This document shows, piece by piece, positions 12,100 through 19,973 of a stretch of DNA of 20,000 nucleotides; position 1 is the stretch's first letter, and every line of letters starts with the position of its first letter. The notes under the pieces are model-generated. The model saw only the letters and a list, made by a program, of their open reading frames with translations. It was not told where the DNA came from and did not search any database. The position numbers and the translations under genes were made by a program. Origin of the DNA: Squalus acanthias (taxonomy: Eukaryota); contig JASTWF010000346.1 of NCBI GenBank assembly GCA_030390025.1, positions 495,228-515,227 on the forward strand, written 5' to 3'.

Positions 12100-12482
12100 A
12101 GACCTTGTGGATAGTCCGATCGTGGGTGGAGAAGCAGGTAAGCTTGGTGGGCCATGTTGGTGGGTGGGGTGGGGGGAGCACTCCTGATGCTCCTGGCCCA
12201 CAAGCAGTGCTGGAAAGCTGGATCTGGCCCTTCTCGGTTCCCTTCAGCTCCCAGGTTTCCCGAGGCCTGGGAAACTTGGCCGGCCAGGTTAAAATCAGGA
12301 ACTGAAATAAAACCTTAGGCAGGGAGCCTCAGTAAAATATTTAAATGACTGGCTCGCCTCTGGAGAGCCGGTTGATTCCCAACCCAACTCCATTAAACCC
12401 GGAAGTGGAAGCTTTGGGATCAGGATTCCCCATATTTATATTTTTAACGCCCCACCTGTCCTTGGGGGTTGAATCTCCCCCC
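12100..12482. mobile_element. Probable remnant of a non-autonomous interspersed repeat (MITE/DNA-transposon-like) adjoining the satellite
   Basis: GC-rich non-coding segment with an internal hairpin CCAGGTTTCCC-gaggcct-GGGAAACTTGG (12251-12279) and a ccgatcg motif resembling the satellite core. It ends in gggggttgaatctcccc. The family assignment rests on recalled resemblance only, and no partner TIR was found. Confidence 0.35.
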
Positions 12483-12759
12483 CACCCTCCCCGCCAAAGT
12501 CAACATCAAGGTCAGGTACTGGACCAGCTAGACACCGAGGAAACTCTTCTCTACCACAACCATCGCAAGAAAACCAACGTTGACTCTTCCATTTTCCACA
12601 ACACCAACATTCACCGCATTTCTGAGGAAGATTGCCAATTGGGAAAGGTGTAGCATTTTCCTGGGATTGACTCATGCTAACAAGGGACTCGGCTTTGACC
12701 GGCAAAACTCACTTCATCAGAAGGACTGGATCCAGCTGCAGAAACCTGTTCTAACTTAC

Positions 12760-12805
12760 CGTTCCAACATTGCAGCTCATATTTTAAATGCTCAGCTAGA
12801 CTCAT
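12760..12805 (-). CDS. Candidate first coding exon of the same unidentified minus-strand gene
   Basis: gccATG AGT CTA GCT GAG CAT TTA AAA TAT GAG CTG CAA TGT TGG AAC G|GTAAGT, with a consensus intronic donor hexamer. Phase 1 joins in frame to exon 2459-2499 (MSLAEHLKYELQCWNALERILDCTCWETK). An alternative ATG at 12780 gives MSCNVGT|LLSEYSTALVGKL. Confidence 0.3.
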
Positions 12806-12918
12806 GGCCAGTAACATACAAGTGTTTTTCCTTTCTGGGATGTACCATCCGATCACTTGGGCCAAACAAAGTTTAAACCCAAGTTCCCATTAATTTGCAG
12901 ATGTCCCGAGTTGCCGAT

Positions 12919-13407
12919 AAAAAGTAAAAAGAAAGACTTGCATTTATACAACGCCTTTCACGACCACTGGACGTCCCAAAGCGCTTTACAGCCAATGAAG
13001 AACTTTATTTGAAGTGTAGTCACTGTTGTAATGTAGAAAACACTGCAGCCAATTTGCGCCGAGCAAGATCCTACAAACAGCAATGTGATAATGATTGGAT
13101 AATTTGTTTTAGTGATGTTGATCGAGGGATAAATAAATCCAGAACACCCTGGAGAACACCCCGGCTAAGCCCCTGCTTTTCTTCAAAATAGTGGCCGTGG
13201 GATCTTTTACATCCACCTGAGAGAGCAGACAGGGCCTCGGTTTAAGGTCTCATCGGAAAGATGGCACCTCCGACAGTGCAGCGCTCCCTCAGCACTGCAC
13301 TGGGAGTGTCAGCCCAGATTTTATGTTCAAGTCTTTGGAGTGGGACTTGAACCCACCCCCTTCTGACCCAGAGGCGAGAGCGCTGCCCACTGAGCCACGG
13401 CTGACAC
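12919..13407 (-). mobile_element. Full-length tRNA-derived SINE (DeuSINE/SacSINE1-like)
   Basis: Minus head GTGTCAGCCGTGGCTCAGTGG (A box) ... GGGTTCAAGTCCCAC (B box). The central domain has CTCTCAGGTGGATGTAAAAGATCCCACGGCCACTATTT, and the 3' end is GTGAAAGGCGTTGTATAAATGCAAGTCTTTCTTTTT. Three more copies occur in the window. Confidence 0.9.
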
Positions 13408-13770
13408 AGTTGAGGCAGCAGTTCATTCCAAATCGGCAGGCCTGTGACCTTTAAAGAGGTCCAAACAATGACTAAGAAATGTAAGAGCAAATAGGACTGA
13501 GCTGCCTGGGCTTTGACAGCCAGCTTGCCCAAGGCCTGATTGCCAATGGCAACTGTTCGGACGCTCCTGCTCTGAATGACGTGTGCGGAGTGCTGGGTGT
13601 TTGATGGGAAGCGAAGAATCACACGCCAAACCGGATACCCACTGACAGCACGATCTGTCTCGCTTGGTATCGTGTGCATACGTTTGCAGAGCTTTTCAAA
13701 CCAAAATACAGATCCTAGCCCTTGAAGTTACACTGTACAGGTATTAGCATAGGGACACCGTTAAAGCAGC

Positions 13771-14159
13771 GGATGAATATGATTCGAGGTGTTCGGAATG
13801 ATCAAAGGATTTGACAGGGTAGATACGGAGAAACTATTTCCTCTGGTGGGGGGGGGAAGAGTCCAGAACAAGGGGACATAATCTTAAAATTAGAGCCAGG
13901 CCACTCAGGGGTGATGTCAGGAAGCACTTCTTCACACAAAGGGTAGTAGAAATCTGGAACTCTCCTCCCCCTAAGGCCGTGGATGCTGGGGGTCAATTGG
14001 AGCTTTCAAGACTGAGATCGATAGACTTTTATTGGGTGAGGGTATCGAGGGATATGGAGCAAAGGCAGGGTAAATGGAGTTGAGCTCCAGATCAGCCTTG
14101 ATCTAATGGAATGGCGGAACAGGCACGAGGGGCTGAATGGCCTCCTCCTGTTCCTATGT
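13771..14159 (+). mobile_element. CR1 LINE 3' fragment (different subfamily)
   Basis: gaggtgttcggaatgatcaaaggatttgacagggtagat...aaactatttcctctggtggg...ttcttcacacaaagggtagtagaaatctggaactctc, ending in the CR1 3' motif gggctgaatggcctcctcctgttcctatgt. Confidence 0.88.
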
Positions 14160-14392
14160 CACTGTGAAAGAATTGCCTACAAACACATTAGACACTCGTA
14201 CACTAAAGCCCCCACAGTGCAGATTCAAGGCCAACAATGCGCTACTCTAATGGCTGATGCGTTTGGCCGTGGGAGCTGGAATCCAAGACCACAGGAGTGT
14301 GGAAGAAACATGTTTCTCCTAAAGAGGCTTTCTCCCCGAGGGATGCAGGCTCACCCTGTAAACCCCCACCCTCCCCCAAAGCTTGACGGGGA

Positions 14393-14615
14393 AGAGTCAC
14401 AGAATCTTACAGCACAGAAGGAGGCCATTCGGCCCATCGTGCCTGTGCCGGCTCTTTGAAAGAGCGATCCAATTAGTCCCACTCCCTTTACTCTCTCCCC
14501 ATAGCCCCACAACTTTCTCCCATTCAAGTATTTATCCAATTCTCCTTTTGAAAGTTCCTATTGAATCTGCTTCCACCATCCTTGCAGGCAGCGTGCTCCA
14601 GATCATAACAACTCG
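14393..14615 (-). mobile_element. CR1 LINE 3' end fragment
   Basis: acagaatcttacagcacagaaggaggccattcggcccatcgtgcctgtgccggctc is the reverse CR1 3' UTR. Minus translation xDKYLNGRKLWGYG resembles the ORF2 C-terminus. Confidence 0.85.
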
Positions 14616-14617
14616 AT

Positions 14618-14834
14618 ATAGTGGCCGTGGGATCTTTTACATCCACCCGAGAGAGCAGACGGGGCTTCGGTTTAACGTCTCGGCCGAAAGCCGGCACCTC
14701 TGACAATGCGGCGCTCCCTCAGTACCGCACTGGGAGTGTCAGCCTGGATTATGTGCTCAAGTCTCTGGATGGGACTTGAACCCACGACCTTCTGACTCGG
14801 AGGTGAGAGTGCGGCCCACTGAGACACGGCTGAC
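14618..14834 (-). mobile_element. DeuSINE/SacSINE1-like SINE, 5' half
   Basis: Colinear with 13187-13405. A and B boxes are present (GTGTCTCAGTGG, GGGTTCAAGTCC). The 3' half is absent. Confidence 0.88.
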
Positions 14835-15275
14835 CACAAGCACGGTCTGGTTTGTAAGGAGAGTCCATAAAAATAACAAAGCAATTCTCGACCTTCCTTC
14901 TTTTAACTTATCTGCATCTGTTTCCTTTTCAGGACACTCACGGAGCAACACAACTCCTCGGCACCGCCCCCGAGATGTTTTTACCATGACCCACCTACAA
15001 CTTACTTTATTTTTTACGAGCCCCCCTTCCCACGCTCTTTGGACGCAGCTCACCCAGCTGGCAGCCTCACAGATGCTGCAGCCGACACTCGAAGGCCCAG
15101 CGAGAGAGAGAGAGAGACAGAGAGGCTGGTCACTCCAGAACAATCCAATCCCCTCGGACAGACACCCACACTTCCGCAGCACGACACCCTGGAGAGGCAG
15201 CCACACTTCCGCCTTCCGTGAATATGCTCCACGCCGGGACAGCCAGCAAGCATTTCTTTCAGCTTTTCAAGAGGT

Positions 15276-15683
15276 CATGATGCGGAGATGCCGGTGTTGG
15301 ACTGGGGTGGACAAAAGTGAGAAGTCGCACAACACCAGGTTATAGCCCAACAGTTTTATTTGAAATCACAAGCTTTCGGAGCTGCTGCCCCTTCGTCAGG
15401 TGAAGTGAAGGAATACGAATCGGCAAAGCATATATAGACAGAGAACAATGCCTGTGTAGAGAACAATCTCAGACGACTACAGTTAATTTATCTGACTGCC
15501 TTTCATCACACCTCGGCAGAGAAACAATCAGGTCAGCCAGGAAGGCACCACATCAAAGACATAGCAAGATACAACTGAGACAATGAGGTGGGGTGACAGG
15601 GGGTCGAATGTGTCAAATGCTGCAGTCTGTATGGAAAACCATAAACTTTAAAATTTTTACTTTTTTTTTAACTGGAAATCACA
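15276..15683 (-). mobile_element. Solo Penelope-like pseudo-LTR (non-coding, 408 bp) with 10-bp TSD
   Basis: Colinear with 17442-17844. Flanked by TTCAAGAGGT at 15266-15275 and 15684-15693. Contains a hammerhead motif and AATAAA. Confidence 0.9.
15366..15403 (-). ncRNA. Minimal type I hammerhead ribozyme (Penelope pLTR type)
   Basis: Minus strand: TCAC CTGACGA A GGGGC agca GCTCC GAAA GCTT GTGA. Core boxes are intact, stem I is TCAC/GTGA, stem II is 5 bp with one G-U, and palindromic AAGCTT replaces stem III. Confidence 0.8.
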
Positions 15684-15716
15684 TTCAAGAGGTGGGTCAG
15701 GGCAATGGTTGATGCC

Positions 15717-15771
15717 AGAGAATTGTGCAGAACTCTACAGCACAGAAACAGGCCATTCGGCCCAACTGGTC
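15717..15771 (-). mobile_element. Very short CR1 3' end
   Basis: tacagcacagaaacaggccattcggcccaac is identical to the 3' end of the CR1 copy starting at 812. Confidence 0.75.
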
Positions 15772-16213
15772 AGTGAACCGGGTGGGTTATCACAATCCGG
15801 CAGTTTTCATGGTTATTTTCCCACCAATTACTGGATTTCTATGAATGTAATTTCACAACGGGACCCGGTGGGAATTGCTAGTCCTGTCCTATAGGCACTC
15901 GGCTACCCTTGCCCTCTGGTTAACAGCTTGGTGCAGATTTCGGATTTAGAAACGGCATTTAAAGGGATCGCAGAAAGGATTTTTATACAAACATATCAAC
16001 CAGAGCATTACCAGAGGAAGTTAAACCCCCGGAATAATCAGCTCCCAGATTTACTGCAGGTTGAAAGCAAGTCCTCATGAGCTCAGCCCCATTTAACTTT
16101 GATTTGAGATTGATCAGCAGGCCCTAAAGGTGAACTGCAAATCCTAATCACAGCTGACTGCAGTCAAAACTTGCACGGACTCCAGGTAATAATTGTAATT
16201 CCAGTCTGGAATT

Positions 16214-16350
16214 CTGCGCTCCTCCAGTTCTGGCCTCTTGCTCGTCCCCGGATTTCCATCGCTCCACCACTGGCGGCCGTGCCTTCAGCTGCCTGGGGCC
16301 CTAAGCTCTGGAATTCCCTCCCTGAACCTCTCCACCGCTTCTCTCCCCGC
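16214..16350 (+). mobile_element. L2-clade LINE ORF2 C-terminal fragment
   Basis: ctgcgctcctccagttctggcctcttg...ggcggccgtgccttcagctgcctggggccctaagctctggaattccctccct translates across frameshifts as LRSSSSGLL...GGRAFSCLG.PKLWNSLP, the L2 ORF2 tail motif. Confidence 0.75.
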
Positions 16351-16549
16351 TCCTGAAATGAATTCCATTTTTCTTCTGGGAGGAGGGGCTGGAAACAGAA
16401 ACCGACAAACATTGAAACTTTCATCCCAATGGAAGGTCCCAGCAGTTTCTTTATTCTGAGGCTGCTCCTTCTCATTTTTTTCCAGATTTTTCTCCTTTTT
16501 TTTGGTGTCCCCCCTCCCCCCGAGTGTCCCTTCAGCCAGGAGAGGGTTG

Positions 16550-16640
16550 GCTCTGGAACTGGACCTGGGAATCCAGAGGTCTGGAGTTCAAATCCCATCA
16601 GAGCAAGTTTAGTCACTGAGACCAATAAATCTGGTCCTCT
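16550..16640 (+). mobile_element. Possible degraded tRNA-derived SINE head (different family)
   Basis: actggacctgggaatccagagg...GAGTTCAAATCCCA (B-box-like)...caataaatctgg. Short and diverged. Confidence 0.35.
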
Positions 16641-16653
16641 GTGGGCAAGGCGG

Positions 16654-17087
16654 GAAAGTAAAGGAAGACTTTCACAACCTGAGGACGTCCCAAAGTGCTT
16701 TACAGCCAATGAAGTACTTTTATTAATGTCGGAAACATGGCCGCCAATTTGTGCACAGCAAGGTCCCACAAACAGCAATGTGATAATGACCAGATCATCA
16801 GTTTTAGTGATGTTGATTGAGGGATAAATATTGGCCCCAGGACACCGGGGGAGAACCTCCCTGCTTTTCTTCGAAATAGTGGCCGTGGGATCTTTTACAT
16901 CCACCTGAGAGAGCAGACGGGGCCTCGGTTTAACGTCTCATCTGAGAGACGGCACCTCCGACTGTGCGGCGCTCCCTCAGTACTGCACTGGGAGTGTCGG
17001 CCTAGATTGTTGTGCTCAAGTCTCTGGAGCGAGACTGGAACCCACGACCTTCTGACTCAGAGGCGAGAGACTGCGACCCACTGAGCC
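16654..17087 (-). mobile_element. Near full-length DeuSINE/SacSINE1-like SINE
   Basis: Colinear with 12919-13397, with small internal deletions. Head GGCTCAGTGG ... GGGTTCCAGTC. Confidence 0.9.
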
Positions 17088-17530
17088 CCGGAAAGGAGAC
17101 TGTCGCATCTACCTGCTCCGGAATACACGAAGACCCAGTCCTAACCACGTGATTGACTAGGGATGGGAAATAAATGTGCGTAGAATGGACAGAAGCACAG
17201 CCTGGACATGGAGAGTGCTTGAGTGGGTGGATTAAGCCTGATTGTCCCCTTAAAGGGACAGGCCATGTAAAGCATATGATTTGGAGAATATAAAACATAC
17301 AGAGCTCAGAATTGGCCCATCTGGACTCTGATTGAGTTGGGCGTGTTCCGAGTCCCTCCTCCTCTGAGCAGGCTGCTGTGTGACTGACTGTGAACAGGAG
17401 AGGGGAGGTGAAAGGGTTAATCCCCTGTCTGGTATTAGGCTATGATGCGGAGATGCCGGTGTTGGACTGGGGTGGACAAAAGTGAGAAGTCGCACAACGC
17501 CAGGTTATAGTCCAACAGTTTTATTTGAAA

Positions 17531-17568
17531 TCACAAGCTTTCGGAGCTGCTGCTCCTTCGTCAGGTGA
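17531..17568 (-). ncRNA. Minimal type I hammerhead ribozyme (Penelope pLTR type)
   Basis: Minus strand: TCAC CTGACGA A GGAGC agca GCTCC GAAA GCTT GTGA, followed by TTTCAAATAAA. Predicted cut is between T17535 and G17534. Confidence 0.85.
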
Positions 17569-17898
17569 AGTGAAGAATACAAATGGGCACAGCATATATA
17601 GACAGAGAACAATACCTGTGCAGAGAACAATGCCCGACGACTACAGTTAATCTTTTTGACTGCCTTTTATCACACCTCGGCAGAGAGACAATCAGGTCAG
17701 TCAGGAAGACATTATATCAAAGACATAGCAAGATACAACTCAGACAATGAGGTGGGGTCACAGGGGGTCTAATGTGTCAGAGGCTGCAGTCTGGATGGAA
17801 AACCATAAACTTTAAACATTTTACTTTTTTTACTGGAAATCACATCTGTGAACAAGCCAACGACGACTCGAGTCTGGATGACTCTACGTCAGGTGGGG

Positions 17899-18522
17899 TT
17901 ACATGTAGCGTGACATGAACCCAAGATCCCGGTTGAGGCCGTCCTCATGGGTGCGGGAACTTGGCTATCAGTTTCTGCTCGATGATTTTGCATTGTCGTG
18001 TGTCTCGAAGGCCGCCTTGGAGAATGCTTACCCGCAGATCCGAGGCTGAATGTCCTTGACTGCTGATGTGTTCCCCGCCTGGGAGGTAACACTCCTGCTT
18101 TGCGATTGTTGCGCGGTGTCCGTTCATACGTTGTCGCAGTGTCTGCATGGTCTCGCCGATGTACCATGCTCCGGGGCATCCTTTCCTGCAACGTATGAGG
18201 TAGACAACGTTGGCCGAGTCACATGAGTATGTACCATGTACCTGGTGGGTAATATCCTCACGTGTGATGATGGTATCTGTGTTGATGATCTGGCATGTCT
18301 TGCAGAGGTTGCCGTGGCAGGGTTGTGTGGTGTCGTGGTCGGTGTTCTCCTGAAAGCTGGGTAATTTGCTGCGAACGATGGTACTTTTGAGGTTAGGCGG
18401 CTGTTTGAAGGCGAGTAGTGGAGGCGTGGGGATGGCCTTAGCGAGGTGTTCGTCGTCATCGATGACATGTTGAAGGCTGCGAAGAACATGGCATAGTTTC
18501 TCAGCTCCGGGGAAGTACTGGG
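17899..18522 (-). pseudogene. Penelope-type GIY-YIG endonuclease domain with Cys-rich linker, 5'-truncated and frameshifted
   Basis: QYFPGAEKL...FKQPPNLKSTIVRS...PCHGNLCKTC...SCDSANVVYLIRCRKGCPGAWYIGETMQTLRQRMNGH...EQKLIAKF. Removing one base near 17956 restores RTHEDGLNRDLGFMSRYM* (stop at 17899-17901). No RT core. Confidence 0.92.
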
Positions 18523-18750
18523 ATACAGATTGCAGCATTTGACACATTAGACCCCCTGTGACCCCACCTCATTGTCTTAGTTGTATTTTGCTATGTCTTT
18601 GATATAATGTCTTCCTGACTGACCTGATTGTCTATCTGCCGAGGTGTGATGAAAGGCAGTCAGAAAGATTAACTGTAGTCGTCTGACATTGTTCTCTGCA
18701 CAGGCATTGTTCTCTGTCTATACATGCTGTGCCCATTTGTATTCTTCACT

Positions 18751-18787
18751 TCACCTGACGAAGGAGCAGCGCTCCGAAAGCTTGTGA
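18751..18787 (+). ncRNA. Minimal type I hammerhead ribozyme in the inverted pLTR
   Basis: TCAC(18751-54) CTGACGA(55-61) A GGAGC agc GCTCC GAAA(76-79) GCTT GTGA(84-87), with AATAAA immediately downstream. Confidence 0.85.
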
Positions 18788-19033
18788 TTTCAAATAAAAC
18801 TGTTGGACAAAAACCTGGTGTTGTGCGACTTCTCACTTTTGGTATTAGGCTGTCAGTGCCTCACTATGAATGGCAAAAGGGAGGCGAAAGGGGAAGCGAT
18901 GGGGTCATCCAACAGATGGAAGCCTGTCTTTTAAGGAAGTGACTTCCTGCTCATCAACAGTGCAGACGTCACCAGCTGAACACAATCCACGCTCCGTTTA
19001 ACATTTAACCGGCCTGAATTTTACCAGTTTGTT

Positions 19034-19431
19034 CACTCCTGGAGCACAGCTGTCCCCACTCCTGGAGCACCACTGTCCCCACTCCTGGAGCACAGCTGTC
19101 CCCACTCCTGGAGCTCCACTGTCCCCACTCCTGGAGCACAGCTGTCCCCACTCCTGGAGCTCCACTGTCCCCACTCCTGGAGCACAGCTGTCCTCACTCC
19201 TGGAGCACAACTGTCCCCACTCCTGGAGCACAGCTGTCCCCACTCCTGGAGCACAGCTGTCCCCACTCCTGGAGCACAGCTGTCCCCACTCCTGGAGCAC
19301 AGCTGTCCCCACTCCTGGAGCACAGCTGTCCCCACTCCTGGAGCACAGCTGTCCCCACTCCTGGGTCTCAGCTGTCCCCACTCCTGGAACACAGCTGTCC
19401 CCACTCCTGGAGCACAGCTGTCCCCACTCCT
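19034..19431. repeat. 23-bp minisatellite (CACTCCTGGAGCACAGCTGTCCC)n, ~17 copies
   Basis: Directly visible, highly homogeneous tandem array with a few variants (GGAGCTCCACTGT, GGAGCACCACTGT). Confidence 0.97.
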
Positions 19432-19433
19432 AG

Positions 19434-19561
19434 GGCACTCCCTCAGTACTGCACTGGGAGTGTTAGCCTGGATTATGGGCTCAAGTCTCTGGAGTGGGAC
19501 TCGAACCCACAACCTCCTGCCTCAGAGGCAAGCGTGCTACCCACTGAGCCACGGCTGACAC
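19434..19561 (-). mobile_element. DeuSINE/SacSINE1-like SINE head
   Basis: GTGTCAGCCGTGGCTCAGTGG ... GGGTTCGAGTCCCAC. Matches 13280-13407 and ends at the minisatellite. Confidence 0.88.
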
Positions 19562-19928
19562 CTGTATATTAGAAGAAAATTACCGTTTGGTGTGTGCGGA
19601 CACATAACCTCCATGTATACGCAAGTTATTCGGAGGAGTTTCCCACCAATAGGAACACAATGCCACAGTGCCACATTCACAGTGCTAGGCCTCGATTAAG
19701 GCACCAACACCGGCTGTAAAAGTGGTGCTCGACCTAAACTTCTCAAGAACATTGTGGGATAAAATCAACACACGGAAAAATCCGGTGCTGGGAGTGAAGA
19801 AGTGGGATTTTCACCACATGGCTTTCTGTGAAAACTATCTCAACACTTTGAGAACCAGCCAACTGGGATTTGTACTTTTCTATTTCCCTTAGTCTAATAT
19901 CTGTGCTTTCCGAAGTCCGTCTGTGGAC

Positions 19929-19973
19929 CCAATGGACGGGCCAATAAGAGCGCGGAATCGAGCAGCCATCTTG
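19929..19973. promoter_or_regulatory. Candidate promoter motifs: two CCAAT boxes and a YY1-type GCCATCTT
   Basis: CCAAT at 19929-19933 and 19941-19945, GCCATCTTG at 19965-19973. CpG density rises at the window edge. Confidence 0.35.

Larger units (their letters stand above)
17442..18839 (-). mobile_element. 5'-truncated Penelope-like element with 3' pLTR (17442-~17845), endonuclease remnant and inverted partial pLTR (18523-18839)
   Basis: TSD TGGTATTAGGCT at 17430-17441 and 18840-18851. Segment 18523-18839 is the reverse complement of 17478-17796, and the GIY-YIG coding remnant lies between them. Confidence 0.93.

Noticed and set aside
12436..12705. Cys-rich minus ORF (CGECWCC...SCDGC) as a zinc finger, and the opposite 102-aa ORF
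   Set aside because: No recognisable domain spacing or convincing splice boundaries, and it partly overlaps a repeat remnant.
13335..13407. tRNA genes at SINE heads (also ~14765-14834, ~17025-17087, ~19490-19561)
   Set aside because: The A and B boxes are embedded in a longer shared SINE body and the acceptor stem is not convincing.
16164..16904. 246-aa minus ORF with a basic stretch PKKRRK
   Set aside because: It runs across a SINE, a pyrimidine-rich tract and an antisense L2 fragment, so it is a composite with no coherent domain.
17945..18547. 200-aa ORF as an intact standalone GIY-YIG nuclease gene
   Set aside because: The first ~8 codons come from the inverted pLTR, the C-terminal GLN motif is lost to a frameshift, and the RT is absent. 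It is a truncated retroelement remnant.
18998..19512. Repetitive ORFs (QEWGQLCSRSGDSCAPGVGTAVL)n and reverse
   Set aside because: Artefact of the 23-bp minisatellite (69-nt frame cycle), open on both strands.
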